From the NCBI GenBank assembly GCA_964470695.1, contig CAYYDR010000001.1:209997-273996 (forward strand): DNA of 64,000 nt. Reading direction: 5' to 3'. The position numbers were made by a program, and so were the translations under genes. The DNA comes from an uncultured Gammaproteobacteria bacterium (GTDB taxonomy: Bacteria; Patescibacteriota; Patescibacteriia; Patescibacteriales; UBA12465). Positions 29,183-38,557 of the stretch are shown one piece after another; position 1 is the first letter of the stretch, and every line of letters begins with the position of its first letter. The notes under the pieces are model-generated. The model ran no database searches. It was not told the DNA's origin and worked only from the letters and a program-made list of their open reading frames with translations.

Positions 29183-29210
29183 AAAAAAGGCCTGTAATCC
29201 AGGCCTTTTT
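29183..29210. terminator. bidirectional intrinsic terminator
   Basis: AAAAAA-GGCCTG-taatc-CAGGCC-TTTTT, between convergent genes. Confidence 0.75.
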
Positions 29211-29238
29211 CATTTAGCGGAGATTATTTTATAAATCG

Positions 29239-30051
29239 TTAGAGAAATAGCCAGGCAAAGACAATTAATCCCAAAATTATTCTATACCAGCCGAAAGCAA
29301 CAAAATTATTTTTTTGGATAAAACGGATAAAGAATTTTACCCCAATAACCGCTGTTACAAAGGCGGCGATAAAACCAAGGCCCCAGATTAATATTTCTCG
29401 GCTGCTAAGAGATATTAGGCTGTCGCGGCTTTTTAATAAATCTAACCCGGTGGCTGCCGCCATGGTCGGAATAGCAAGTAAAAAAGAGAACTCCACAATT
29501 TCTTTTCGTTTAACGCCGAGGCTAAGCCCGCCGATGATTGTGGCCGCAGCGCGAGATACACCAGGGATGATAGCCAGCGATTGAAAGACACCAATCGCGG
29601 CGGCTTGTTTATAGGAGATTGATTTAACCTGATCATCTACATTAGCCCCCTCATTAGCAGCATTTTTTCCGGTTATTTTTTTAGTTTGATATTTTTCAAA
29701 CCAGATTAATATAACGCCACCGATTAGCAGGGCACTAGCGATGATATAATTATTATTTAATAAGTAACTTTTAACAATTTTATAAAATATTAAACCAATT
29801 ATTGCTGTTGGAATAAAGGCAATAATAATTTTGCCGATTAAATCCCAGGAGCTCCAGATTTTTTTCCAGTATAATATTACAACCGCCAAGATAGCGCCGA
29901 GCTGGATTGATATTTCAAAAGTTTTGAGAAATTCGGTAGTCGGTATTTTTAGCCAAGCGCTAGCTAAAATCATGTGGGCGGTTGATGAAATTGGCAAAAA
30001 TTCGGTTAGCCCTTCAATAATACCTAGCAGTAAACCATGGAAAATAGTCAT
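29239..30051 (-). CDS. uppP: undecaprenyl-diphosphatase UppP/BacA
   Basis: GLTEFLPISSTAHM, PGVSRAAATI. Polytopic. Confidence 0.9.
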   Translation of the reverse strand: MTIFHGLLLGIIEGLTEFLPISSTAHMILASAWLKIPTTEFLKTFEISIQLGAILAVVILYWKKIWSSWDLIGKIIIAFIPTAIIGLIFYKIVKSYLLNNNYIIASALLIGGVILIWFEKYQTKKITGKNAANEGANVDDQVKSISYKQAAAIGVFQSLAIIPGVSRAAATIIGGLSLGVKRKEIVEFSFLLAIPTMAAATGLDLLKSRDSLISLSSREILIWGLGFIAAFVTAVIGVKFFIRFIQKNNFVAFGWYRIILGLIVFAWLFL

Positions 30052-30201
30052 AAATTTAAATTATTGCTTCGTCTAAGTCTATTCTATCGTAAATTAGCCA
30101 GTAAAGAAATAGTTTAGATTACTCTGTTCTTTTTACTAAGGTTTTATTTATTAAGTTATTTTTGTTAATATGTAAGTATTAGTGTTAAGCGATCGGGAAA
30201 T

Positions 30202-31506
30202 TTGTTAGATTATTTTATGAATAATTATCAAATATTAGCTAAAAAATTAGATTGGGAGCATTGGCTTCAAAGACCTTATTTTCCCTTTATTTCTTCTCTT
30301 TGCCATGCTGGAGTTGACCCTAAATATTTTAAGAAAGTCGGTTTGCCAGGCGGCTATCCTTATAGCTTTTACCAATTTCCTAATATAGTTTATTCTAAAA
30401 AGTTAAAAGAAGCCAATACCATAGCTTTAAATAAATATCTGGCTCGTAAAAGCATTTTTGATATTTCTAGCCAGCTGGTTAAAATTCATGGTAGTAATAA
30501 GCGGGTTATGATCCGGCTGGTTAAAAATAATAAGCTCTCGGCCCTAGATAAATTAATTGAAGCCAGAGAAGTTCTGCGGTCTTATTATCCTTTTTTATGG
30601 ATACTCTTGTCTCTGGAAGTATATTATAACAATAAATTAGCCGCTCAGGCTAAGAAGTATACTAAAGGGAATTGGGAGGAGTTTGTGGGCTATGCCAGCA
30701 TTCCACTTAAACAAAATGTCCATGGCCGGATGCTGTCTGCTTTATCATCTGGGCAGTCTCTTCAGAAGGTACAGAAGAAGTTCGGCTGGCTAAAAAGTCG
30801 GGATGGGTTTACGGATTTTTATTCTCTTCAAGAATTACGGGAAATTAAAAATAATATTAAGGCAGAGAAAAAAATTAAGGTTAAGATACCAGTCTCATTC
30901 AAAAAATTATTTTCCGAGGTTAAGGAATTGGCTTTTTTTAGAACAGACCGAACCGATAAGTATTATGAAATATTGGGCTTAGTCCAGCCTATTTTTAGAG
31001 AAGTAGCCGAATACATTAAAATCCCTTTTTCAGACCTAAAATATTACGACGCGGAATCCGTTCTAGTAGGCAAACCAAAGAAAATATCTCCTTCTTTCTC
31101 CTTCGTGTATATGAAGAATAAGCAGTTTATCCAATCTGGCCCCTTAATTAAATTATCAGCTACCGGCAAGCAAGAAATAAAAGGGATAACCGCTTTTAAA
31201 GGATTGGCAAGGGGAAGGGTCAAGGTGATAGTCCATCCTTCAGAACTAGTTAAAATTCGTAGGGGCGATATTTTAGTTTCTCAGATGACTTTCCCGTCTT
31301 TTATTATCGCTATGCAGAAGGCAGCAGCCTTTGTCACTGATGAAGGCGGAATTACTTGCCATGCCGCTATTATTGCTAGAGAAATGAAGAAGCCCTGCAT
31401 AATCGGAACTAAGAATGCCACTAAAGTTTTGAAAGACGGTGATTTAGTGGAAGTTAATGCTGATGTCGGGGTAGTTAATATTATAAGATTGATGAATAAA
31501 AAATAG
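30202..31506 (+). CDS. PEP-utilising-enzyme mobile (phosphohistidine swivel) domain protein, paralog 3
   Basis: C-terminus reads GDILVSQMTFPSF...AAFVTDEGGITCHAAIIAREMKKPCIIGT...GDLVEVNADVG. The N-terminal region shares the KFGW.. and FFRTDRTDK motifs with 1629-2987 and 2997-4334. Alternative start ATG 30217. Confidence 0.85.
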   Translation: MLDYFMNNYQILAKKLDWEHWLQRPYFPFISSLCHAGVDPKYFKKVGLPGGYPYSFYQFPNIVYSKKLKEANTIALNKYLARKSIFDISSQLVKIHGSNKRVMIRLVKNNKLSALDKLIEAREVLRSYYPFLWILLSLEVYYNNKLAAQAKKYTKGNWEEFVGYASIPLKQNVHGRMLSALSSGQSLQKVQKKFGWLKSRDGFTDFYSLQELREIKNNIKAEKKIKVKIPVSFKKLFSEVKELAFFRTDRTDKYYEILGLVQPIFREVAEYIKIPFSDLKYYDAESVLVGKPKKISPSFSFVYMKNKQFIQSGPLIKLSATGKQEIKGITAFKGLARGRVKVIVHPSELVKIRRGDILVSQMTFPSFIIAMQKAAAFVTDEGGITCHAAIIAREMKKPCIIGTKNATKVLKDGDLVEVNADVGVVNIIRLMNKK

Positions 31507-31526
31507 CGCTTAAAGCGCTGTTTTTT
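31505..31526 (+). terminator. intrinsic terminator
   Basis: AGCGCT-taa-AGCGCT, then GTTTTTTG. The stem overlaps the stop codon. Confidence 0.5.
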
Positions 31527-31542
31527 GTTGATTTGGTAATTA

Positions 31543-31571
31543 TTGACAATTAACAGTATTTATGATACAAT
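31543..31571 (+). promoter_or_regulatory. sigma70 promoter (TTGACA-17-TACAAT)
   Basis: TTGACA at 31543-31548, TACAAT at 31566-31571. Confidence 0.6.
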
Positions 31572-31616
31572 TTAATATTCTTTAAAAATCTATTTTATCA
31601 TCATCGGAGAACATGA

Positions 31617-32564
31617 ATGAAAACATTGTTAGCTTTTTTTCTCGTTATATCAGTATTATCTGTATCTAATATTCAGGCTCAAGACAAGTCAGTTCCGGAT
31701 TCAGCCTCAATACCAACCACAACGCCAAGGCCAGTTCAGGAGCTTTCGTATGAGTCATTGTCTAAGTATTATTTTGGTATTCTGGGAAATATTTTCTTTA
31801 CTGGTTACAGTACCGACAAAGTTGGCCGTGATGCTAGTATTAAGGGTGGAGTTGTTTCAGATTTTTATTTTGATCCCGGATTAGTTGGTTTATTAAAAAT
31901 GCATAGCCGGCTTATATTTGATCAAACTATGACTGAGTCAATCTTTAACGTTGATTTACGTTTTGTTAAAGATTTTAACCTCGGATCATTCGCCTTGGTT
32001 TATGGGCCGACCGATACTAGAATAAAACATTTGCCCCATTCGGTATCTCGGTATGCGCATTTTCTTCCTTCCGGTAAAAAAGTAGTTTCCCCTGGCAATA
32101 GAATCGGCGTGATGGGGCAGTATTCTATTTTATCGGGCGGCATCTATGCTAATAAGACTGACTCCTTGGAGTTTCATATTAGTATTGATAAAAAATTTTC
32201 TAACTCTTTATTCAAACGAATTGCCGTATCAGCCTACTCAGCGAGTTATAAATCGTCTGGCGGCGAATTAATATGCGGCGGTGCTGTTACTCTGGAAGTT
32301 TGGGATATTAAAGCTATGGTCTATGGAGAGAGGAGCGAGCTTAATGTTGAAACCTACTCTAATACCTTAAGCCTTGATGTTGGTAATAATTGGGGATTAT
32401 ACAGCACGGCTGTATACAAAAATAAGGACTGGCAACATTTAGAATTTGGCTTTACTGGCACTAAAGAAAGTTTGTGCGGACCAAACTATCTATATGGCGC
32501 CGGATATCAATGTTATCCTGACCAGCGCCTGTCTATTTACCTGCAGGTTTGGTTAGCGAAGTAA
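31617..32564 (+). CDS. secreted hypothetical protein
   Basis: Signal peptide MKTLLAFFLVISVLSVSNIQAQD. GGAGA precedes the ATG. Gly/Tyr/Ser-rich, beta-strand-like composition. Confidence 0.6.
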   Translation: MKTLLAFFLVISVLSVSNIQAQDKSVPDSASIPTTTPRPVQELSYESLSKYYFGILGNIFFTGYSTDKVGRDASIKGGVVSDFYFDPGLVGLLKMHSRLIFDQTMTESIFNVDLRFVKDFNLGSFALVYGPTDTRIKHLPHSVSRYAHFLPSGKKVVSPGNRIGVMGQYSILSGGIYANKTDSLEFHISIDKKFSNSLFKRIAVSAYSASYKSSGGELICGGAVTLEVWDIKAMVYGERSELNVETYSNTLSLDVGNNWGLYSTAVYKNKDWQHLEFGFTGTKESLCGPNYLYGAGYQCYPDQRLSIYLQVWLAK

Positions 32565-32680
32565 TAAGCATTTTCGTTAAATCTCGAGCTTTTAAACTCG
32601 GGATTTTTTATTTCAATTTTGCTTTTATTTTGCTATAATATAAGCATCTGTTTATCGCTTATTTTACTATAAAAGATCAA

Positions 32681-33169
32681 ATGTTTATGATAAAATCCAA
32701 AAAAATCATTAAGAAAAAACCGGTGGTCGTCGTGGTCTCCGGCTATTTTAATCCGCTTCATGTCGGTCACCTAGAAATGATTGATAGAGCTAAAAAACTC
32801 GGTGATAAACTGGTGGCCATTGTTAACAATGACAAGCAAGTAGCTCTTAAGGGTAGCGTGCCCTTTATGCCCCAGATTGACCGGATTAAAATAATTAAAG
32901 CCTTGCGTAATGTTGATGAAGTTTTTCTTTCTATTGATAATGATAAGACAGTTTGCAAGTCTTTAATGAAAATAAAGCCGGACATCTTCGCTAATGGCGG
33001 TGACCGTAAGAGTATTGGTGATGTTCCTGAATATGCAATTTGTAAAAAACTTAATATTAAAATGGTAGATGGGTTGGGCCGCAAGATAAGGGCTAGTTCG
33101 GCTATGATCGCCCAGGCCGCCGCGTTGAAAGAGGCGCTTGCTAATAAAAAAATGCAGACCGCTAAATAA
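32681..33169 (+). CDS. cytidylyltransferase-like nucleotidyltransferase (RfaE/HldE domain II-like)
   Basis: VVVSGYFNPLHVGHLEMIDRAKKLGDKLVAIVNND...GGDR. HxGH motif and overall colinearity with HldE domain II. Confidence 0.7.
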   Translation: MFMIKSKKIIKKKPVVVVVSGYFNPLHVGHLEMIDRAKKLGDKLVAIVNNDKQVALKGSVPFMPQIDRIKIIKALRNVDEVFLSIDNDKTVCKSLMKIKPDIFANGGDRKSIGDVPEYAICKKLNIKMVDGLGRKIRASSAMIAQAAALKEALANKKMQTAK

Positions 33170-33172
33170 TTT

Positions 33173-34123
33173 ATGAAAAAGATAGTTCATTATTTGTTAA
33201 TCGCCTCAGCGGTCGCGTTAGTTACCGCTATAGTTATTGGTTTATTTTATAGTCGTTTTGTTTATAAGCGTTTGTTGTCTGATAATCGGGGCGGCTCCTT
33301 ATCATTTTTTTCAAAAGTCATTGATAGGTTAGCCGGAAATTCTGAGCCGGAGATAAAATTCGTGCCGAAACCGGAAGATACAATACGGATTTTAGAAGGC
33401 TGGACCAGCCGTGATATCGGCCAGTACTTTGAGAGACTCGGTAAATGGCAGAGTGAAGAATTTTTAGAGTCAGCCGGCTTTCCTCAGACCGATTACCGTC
33501 GCCATAAAGAATTACCGGCCTTAGTTGATAAATCTGATCGTTTTTCTTTTTTGGCTGATAAGCCAAAATACTATGGCCTGGAAGGTTATCTATTTCCTGA
33601 TACTTATCGTGTTTACGCTACCTCTACCGTCAGCGAAGTGATTGATAAAATGCTGGCTAATTTTGATAATAAGCTGACGGCCAAGATGCGAGCCGATATT
33701 AAAGCGCAAGGGAAGACTATTTATAGCATTATAACCATGGCCTCTTTAATTGAAAAAGAAGCCCCGATTGATTATCAAAATAATAATGATAAAGACGCCA
33801 AGATAATAAGCGGAATTTTTTGGAATCGTCTCAAGATAGGACAGGCGCTTCAGTCTGATGCCACTCTTTCCTATATTTTAAACGATAATAAGCCACAGCA
33901 TAGCGGATCTGAGCTGGAAACCGACTCCCCCTATAATACTTATAAATATCGCGGCCTGCCGCCTGGGCCTATCTGTAACCCCGGGCTTTTAGCAATTGAA
34001 GCCGCTATCTATCCTAGCCCGACTGATTATTATTATTTTTTGACGCCTAAGGGCAAGAACGAGGTCATCTATGCTCGTACTTATGATGATCATCTTAAAA
34101 ATAAATATAAATATTTAAGATAA
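33173..34123 (+). CDS. mltG: endolytic murein transglycosylase MltG (YceG family)
   Basis: N-terminal TM segment, EGYLFPDTY, ASLIEKEA, LQSDATLSY, YNTYKYRGLPPGPICNPG. Confidence 0.85.
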   Translation: MKKIVHYLLIASAVALVTAIVIGLFYSRFVYKRLLSDNRGGSLSFFSKVIDRLAGNSEPEIKFVPKPEDTIRILEGWTSRDIGQYFERLGKWQSEEFLESAGFPQTDYRRHKELPALVDKSDRFSFLADKPKYYGLEGYLFPDTYRVYATSTVSEVIDKMLANFDNKLTAKMRADIKAQGKTIYSIITMASLIEKEAPIDYQNNNDKDAKIISGIFWNRLKIGQALQSDATLSYILNDNKPQHSGSELETDSPYNTYKYRGLPPGPICNPGLLAIEAAIYPSPTDYYYFLTPKGKNEVIYARTYDDHLKNKYKYLR

Positions 34124-34127
34124 AAAT

Positions 34128-36524
34128 ATGTCTTCTGAACAGCCCATTATTATTACCTCGGAGACTGGTCCAGCAAATGGTCCGGCGCCTGCGTCAGGAG
34201 GACCGTCTGGGTATGGGCATTCGTCTAAAAAAATTTGGCTGGCAGTTATTTTAGGAGCAGTGTTTATTGCTGCTGCTGTTTTAATATTTTTAGCGGCTCG
34301 TAATAATTTATTTTCGCCAGTCCCTAAAAATATCATTATTGCTACCAGTTCGCCTGAGACCGCTTCTACTTCGCCGGCCTTCTTGCCAGATTTAAATCCC
34401 GTGGAAATCGCCACTACTACTATCGCTACTTCGTCATTTTCTAATTTAGCGATTGAATATTTATCATTCTCGGATTTTTATGAAGCGCCCGACAATAAAA
34501 TTACGCCTAAGATAAATGATTATAAATTGCCCATTAATGTGAAGATAGATGTCATGAATTATTATGACGTCTCCCGTAAGTTGGCTCTTGATGCTAGCTT
34601 GGATCAGCTTAGTACTACCGGATCGGCGGTTATTAATAATCCTTGGCCCCAAGAGGCGTCCGATTTCTATTCTTTATATGGGACTCTCAGTAATAAGCAA
34701 ATACCGGTCATGGTAACCGCTGATTTTTTGATTTATTACTATCAAAATATTTTAAAAAAAGCTTTTAAAGATGTTGAGGAAAATGTCTTTTATGACAACC
34801 TTTGGGATATTAATAAAGAATTATACTCGGTAGCTAAGAATCGTTATGAGTCGCATCTAACCGCGATTGGCAATATTAATGACTCTATGTTAGAGGGAGA
34901 GAGGCTGGAAACGGCCTTCTTCGCTACCGCTTTAGAGCTTTTAAAGCCCGGTTCCGGCCAATTAGCGCCTAAGGGAGCGGTTAATGATGGCAGCCTATTT
35001 GCGGCCGAGGATGCTGATCGTTTCTATTTTACGGTTCCGCCTTATTTGCGCGATGACGTTCTTGCTGAGGTAAAAATGATTAGAGCCGCCAACCAAGATA
35101 AAGCTAAATCTCCCGTTTTCTTATACCAGCGTAATTATCAGGATTTTGTCGTCCCCTCTGATTACAAGCGCAATGCTAAATTGAATAATTTTTATTTGAC
35201 GACTAAATGGCTCAACTCTGTTTTTCCTCTTAATTATCGGGGCAAAGGCTGCCCGAATTGTCTTATAGATCAGGTAGATTGGCGTATAAGCTTAATTGCA
35301 GCCAGCCTAATCTCTCACGATTTTTCTTCTTTGCCGGAGCTTAAAAATAAATGGGCGAGAATATATAAAGTCATGTTTTTTTTCAAGGGCCTGAGAGAAG
35401 ATCTTAATTATGTTCATTATCGTGATTCCTTAGTTTCTCTTTTCGGGCCTGGTTATAAAATAAATGAGCTATTTGATGATAGCAACGCTAAGGCGGGAGA
35501 AAATTTAGAAAAATTGCGCGTTAAGCTTCTAGCGTATGAATTTCCGGCTATCTCCGGAGCTTTAAGTAAAACTGAGGCCGCGGCCAAGCCGAATCTAGGT
35601 TTTAAAATGTTATCAGAGCCATACTGGCCTAATAATTATATTTTTAACCGCTTAACCGTTCCTAGCGTCAGCAATTATTTAGGAACTAGCACTAGAGCTA
35701 ACCTTCCGTCTAGTAATATTACTATTTGTACGGATGAAAAAAATAACAATCGTTGCGGCGGGTTTGCCTTGGATGCAATCAATTTAATTTATCCGGTTGG
35801 CGCTAATTCTTATTTTACGGAAAATACTAATTACTTAAACTATGAGAAAGAAGCGACTCGTCTTAGAGAAGAGCTAAATAAGGTCGGCGTCTGGCGTTTA
35901 AATAATTATTGGACTACTTTAAGTCTGGCTCGTTCTTATTTAACAATGGAAAAAAATAATTTACCGATTTTCGCGCAATCCGATAACTGGCAGAACAGAT
36001 CGCTTAGAACAGCCGCTTCTACTTGGATAAATTTTCAATTGCCTCTAGAAAAATTTTCTGTCAACCCGGTTTTTAAGGGGCAGAATTTAAATAGTTTTTC
36101 CCGCTGGAGCGAGGGTTCTTATGTTGAGCCTAATCTCGCTTTGATTAATGAATTGATTGCTAATAACAACATGTTTTTGAAGATGTTCTCCGCCTTGCAG
36201 CTTGATGCGGATATCCGCCTAGCTCTTCAGGACATCCGTAATTTCTCGGGTAATTTGGTATCGCTTAGAAATATTGTTATTAAGGAATTAACCGGTGAAA
36301 AATTGACTGCAGCTGATAATGAGATGGTGGCTGATTTTACCAAACAGCTCAAAACAGAAGGCGCTCCGGCTAGCCAGAAGCAGGTCTATATAAAGTTGCC
36401 ACAACAAAAAGACGGCTTAAGAGAGGATTTAAGCCGCCTGCAGTTATTAGTAGTTATCCATCAAGAAGGGGATAATAAGATTTTTTCAGTGGGGCCGGTC
36501 TGGGATTATAGAGAAAGCCACTAA
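34128..36524 (+). CDS. large membrane-anchored extracytoplasmic hypothetical protein (798 aa)
   Basis: Gly/Pro-rich N-terminus, one TM segment (IWLAVILGAVFIAAAVLIFLAA), then a long soluble region with no motif I recognise. Confidence 0.6.
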   Translation: MSSEQPIIITSETGPANGPAPASGGPSGYGHSSKKIWLAVILGAVFIAAAVLIFLAARNNLFSPVPKNIIIATSSPETASTSPAFLPDLNPVEIATTTIATSSFSNLAIEYLSFSDFYEAPDNKITPKINDYKLPINVKIDVMNYYDVSRKLALDASLDQLSTTGSAVINNPWPQEASDFYSLYGTLSNKQIPVMVTADFLIYYYQNILKKAFKDVEENVFYDNLWDINKELYSVAKNRYESHLTAIGNINDSMLEGERLETAFFATALELLKPGSGQLAPKGAVNDGSLFAAEDADRFYFTVPPYLRDDVLAEVKMIRAANQDKAKSPVFLYQRNYQDFVVPSDYKRNAKLNNFYLTTKWLNSVFPLNYRGKGCPNCLIDQVDWRISLIAASLISHDFSSLPELKNKWARIYKVMFFFKGLREDLNYVHYRDSLVSLFGPGYKINELFDDSNAKAGENLEKLRVKLLAYEFPAISGALSKTEAAAKPNLGFKMLSEPYWPNNYIFNRLTVPSVSNYLGTSTRANLPSSNITICTDEKNNNRCGGFALDAINLIYPVGANSYFTENTNYLNYEKEATRLREELNKVGVWRLNNYWTTLSLARSYLTMEKNNLPIFAQSDNWQNRSLRTAASTWINFQLPLEKFSVNPVFKGQNLNSFSRWSEGSYVEPNLALINELIANNNMFLKMFSALQLDADIRLALQDIRNFSGNLVSLRNIVIKELTGEKLTAADNEMVADFTKQLKTEGAPASQKQVYIKLPQQKDGLREDLSRLQLLVVIHQEGDNKIFSVGPVWDYRESH

Positions 36525-36536
36525 ATAAATATTAGT

Positions 36537-38510
36537 CTAGTTTCGGTAGAAAAAAATATAAACTTCATTATTTATTGCCCACCATTTATCCGCTTTTATT
36601 TTAGCTTCATTTATTATTCGGTCGCTTTGGTACCAATATTTATTAACAATTAGATAGCCATTATTAGCCCCAGTTAAACGTAAAGCTTTATTCATGCTTT
36701 CTCGGCTGGGGCTTTTATAGACCATGTCCAGGTAGTATTGGTAGAGAGGGCCGCCAGTGGGTATGGGATAAAAATAAACTGGCCCGATAGGGGTAGAAAA
36801 ATAATGGTCAAAGCCGAATTCTTTCAGGGCCGCCGCGCTTACTTGCTGGTTGGCTAAAACTACATAGGGCTGGCTAGATTTTTCGGCTACTAGCTGAACC
36901 GCCTTAATGTCATTAGCCCCGGTGCTATAGCCGCGGCTATTCCAATATTTATCAAAACGAGGATAGGATAGGTATAGGCTGATGCTAAGGCTTATTACGC
37001 CTAGGCCAAGCCAAATAATCCGGCTCGCTGCTTCTTGCTGTCTAATTTTATTTATTAGTTTTTCCAGGGCAGATATTATTAAGGGTGAGAGAAATATTAA
37101 AATTATGATAGGGATGCGCTTAGCGTAGTCGGCCTGTTCGTAGTTTATTAAATCAGAAAAATTTATTAAGCCGCTTAGCAAGTAGGCAATCGCAAGCGAG
37201 GAAGTTACTAGAACAGTATTTGATAACTGTTGTTTTTTTATTTGGTCCAAGCCATCTTTGGTTCGCCAAAAATAAAATAGCAGGCTGATTATGATAACTA
37301 ACCAGGCTAACTGGTAGTTATTGGCAAAAAAATAAATTAAATTAGATAGCCAATCTTCTCGACCAGCGCTGGCCGGGTTGCCGAGCAGACTATTTAGGGC
37401 ATTGAACAAGGAAGAGGAAACCTCTGACCCAGTCTTATAGCTATGACCGCTGGTTAAAAATAAAGCTAGAGGCAGGGCCAGGGCGCTGAAGGACCAAACA
37501 GATAAACGAAGATATTTTTTAGTAGTAGCCTTAATTTTTTCCGAGTTTTGATTAATGATTATTAGGCTAGCCCAAACTAGAGCCGGTAGGCCGGTTAAAG
37601 GATGAATGATCGCCGTAGCGACAGCTAAGATGGTTATTTTCAGCCAATGATTATGTTTTAAGCTTAACAGCAATGTTAGTATTAAAAAAAGATAGCTCAA
37701 ATTTTGGGGAGTGGTAACGATAAAAGGCGAGAATGTTAGAGTAAGCAGAAACAACGCCGTTAGCAATATATTAATGGTATTTTTTTCATTTTTTTGGTTG
37801 CCGGTTACTGACCGCCCATCTTCCAAGAAGCGGTATATGGCAGTAGGGAGAAGTAATGATGCTAACCCGGGCACTAAAAATTTATTTAAAGAGGCGATGG
37901 TCAGCCCGCTTAGTTTATGCCAAATAATTATGAGTCCATATTGCCCAGAGTAGTAGGGCGTTTTAGGCAAAACCAAGCCCTTAGCGTCAATCAGTTGCAT
38001 GGTGGCTTGATGAATAAAAGGATCAAACCCGTAACCGATTTTATAAATTACCGCCGCGACCGAAAAACTTATAAAATAATGCAAGGAGATTATAATGAGC
38101 TTTATAATTTTTCCTAATTCAGATTTACTTAAGAGCCAGACCAGGACTAAGGATAATAATGTATACAGCCAGAAGAAATAAGAGGGAACTACCTGCCAAG
38201 GAGAAATTAAGGAGCGATCGCTTTGGCTAGATAGCAAGGTAAAAACAAGGGCGGCATAGATTATAATGTAAATAACTATTAAGAACCAGCCGGAGGATGA
38301 AGTCTGATCGGATGATTTTTGGGAATTGATAAAATAGCGGCGCGTTTTCCAAAAAGCAATAATTATTATGGCCAGCGATATTATAAGCCCTAGCCAATTT
38401 AGGGCATAAAAATAGTAAACTAGGCCGCCGACTGATATGGTTAGAGCAATTATAAGAAGCAGGCTATCGTAGATATTGTAGTTTTTTTGGCTTAAATTAA
38501 ACAGTTTCAT
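36537..38510 (-). CDS. polytopic membrane protein with a C-terminal soluble domain (GT-C-like topology)
   Basis: At least 12 hydrophobic segments followed by a soluble tail of about 130 aa. Confidence 0.6.
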   Translation of the reverse strand: MKLFNLSQKNYNIYDSLLLIIALTISVGGLVYYFYALNWLGLIISLAIIIIAFWKTRRYFINSQKSSDQTSSSGWFLIVIYIIIYAALVFTLLSSQSDRSLISPWQVVPSYFFWLYTLLSLVLVWLLSKSELGKIIKLIIISLHYFISFSVAAVIYKIGYGFDPFIHQATMQLIDAKGLVLPKTPYYSGQYGLIIIWHKLSGLTIASLNKFLVPGLASLLLPTAIYRFLEDGRSVTGNQKNEKNTINILLTALFLLTLTFSPFIVTTPQNLSYLFLILTLLLSLKHNHWLKITILAVATAIIHPLTGLPALVWASLIIINQNSEKIKATTKKYLRLSVWSFSALALPLALFLTSGHSYKTGSEVSSSLFNALNSLLGNPASAGREDWLSNLIYFFANNYQLAWLVIIISLLFYFWRTKDGLDQIKKQQLSNTVLVTSSLAIAYLLSGLINFSDLINYEQADYAKRIPIIILIFLSPLIISALEKLINKIRQQEAASRIIWLGLGVISLSISLYLSYPRFDKYWNSRGYSTGANDIKAVQLVAEKSSQPYVVLANQQVSAAALKEFGFDHYFSTPIGPVYFYPIPTGGPLYQYYLDMVYKSPSRESMNKALRLTGANNGYLIVNKYWYQSDRIINEAKIKADKWWAINNEVYIFFYRN

Positions 38511-38557
38511 ATAGGGTTAAGACCATTCGCTACTTACCTGTTAATAATAGCAAATTC

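Noticed and set aside
31617-32564. Outer-membrane beta-barrel/porin interpretation of the secreted Gly/Tyr-rich protein
   Set aside because: The C-terminus (YLQVWLAK) lacks the terminal aromatic residue typical of such barrels. The window shows no other outer-membrane biogenesis genes, and I cannot verify strand periodicity by eye. It is left as a secreted hypothetical protein.
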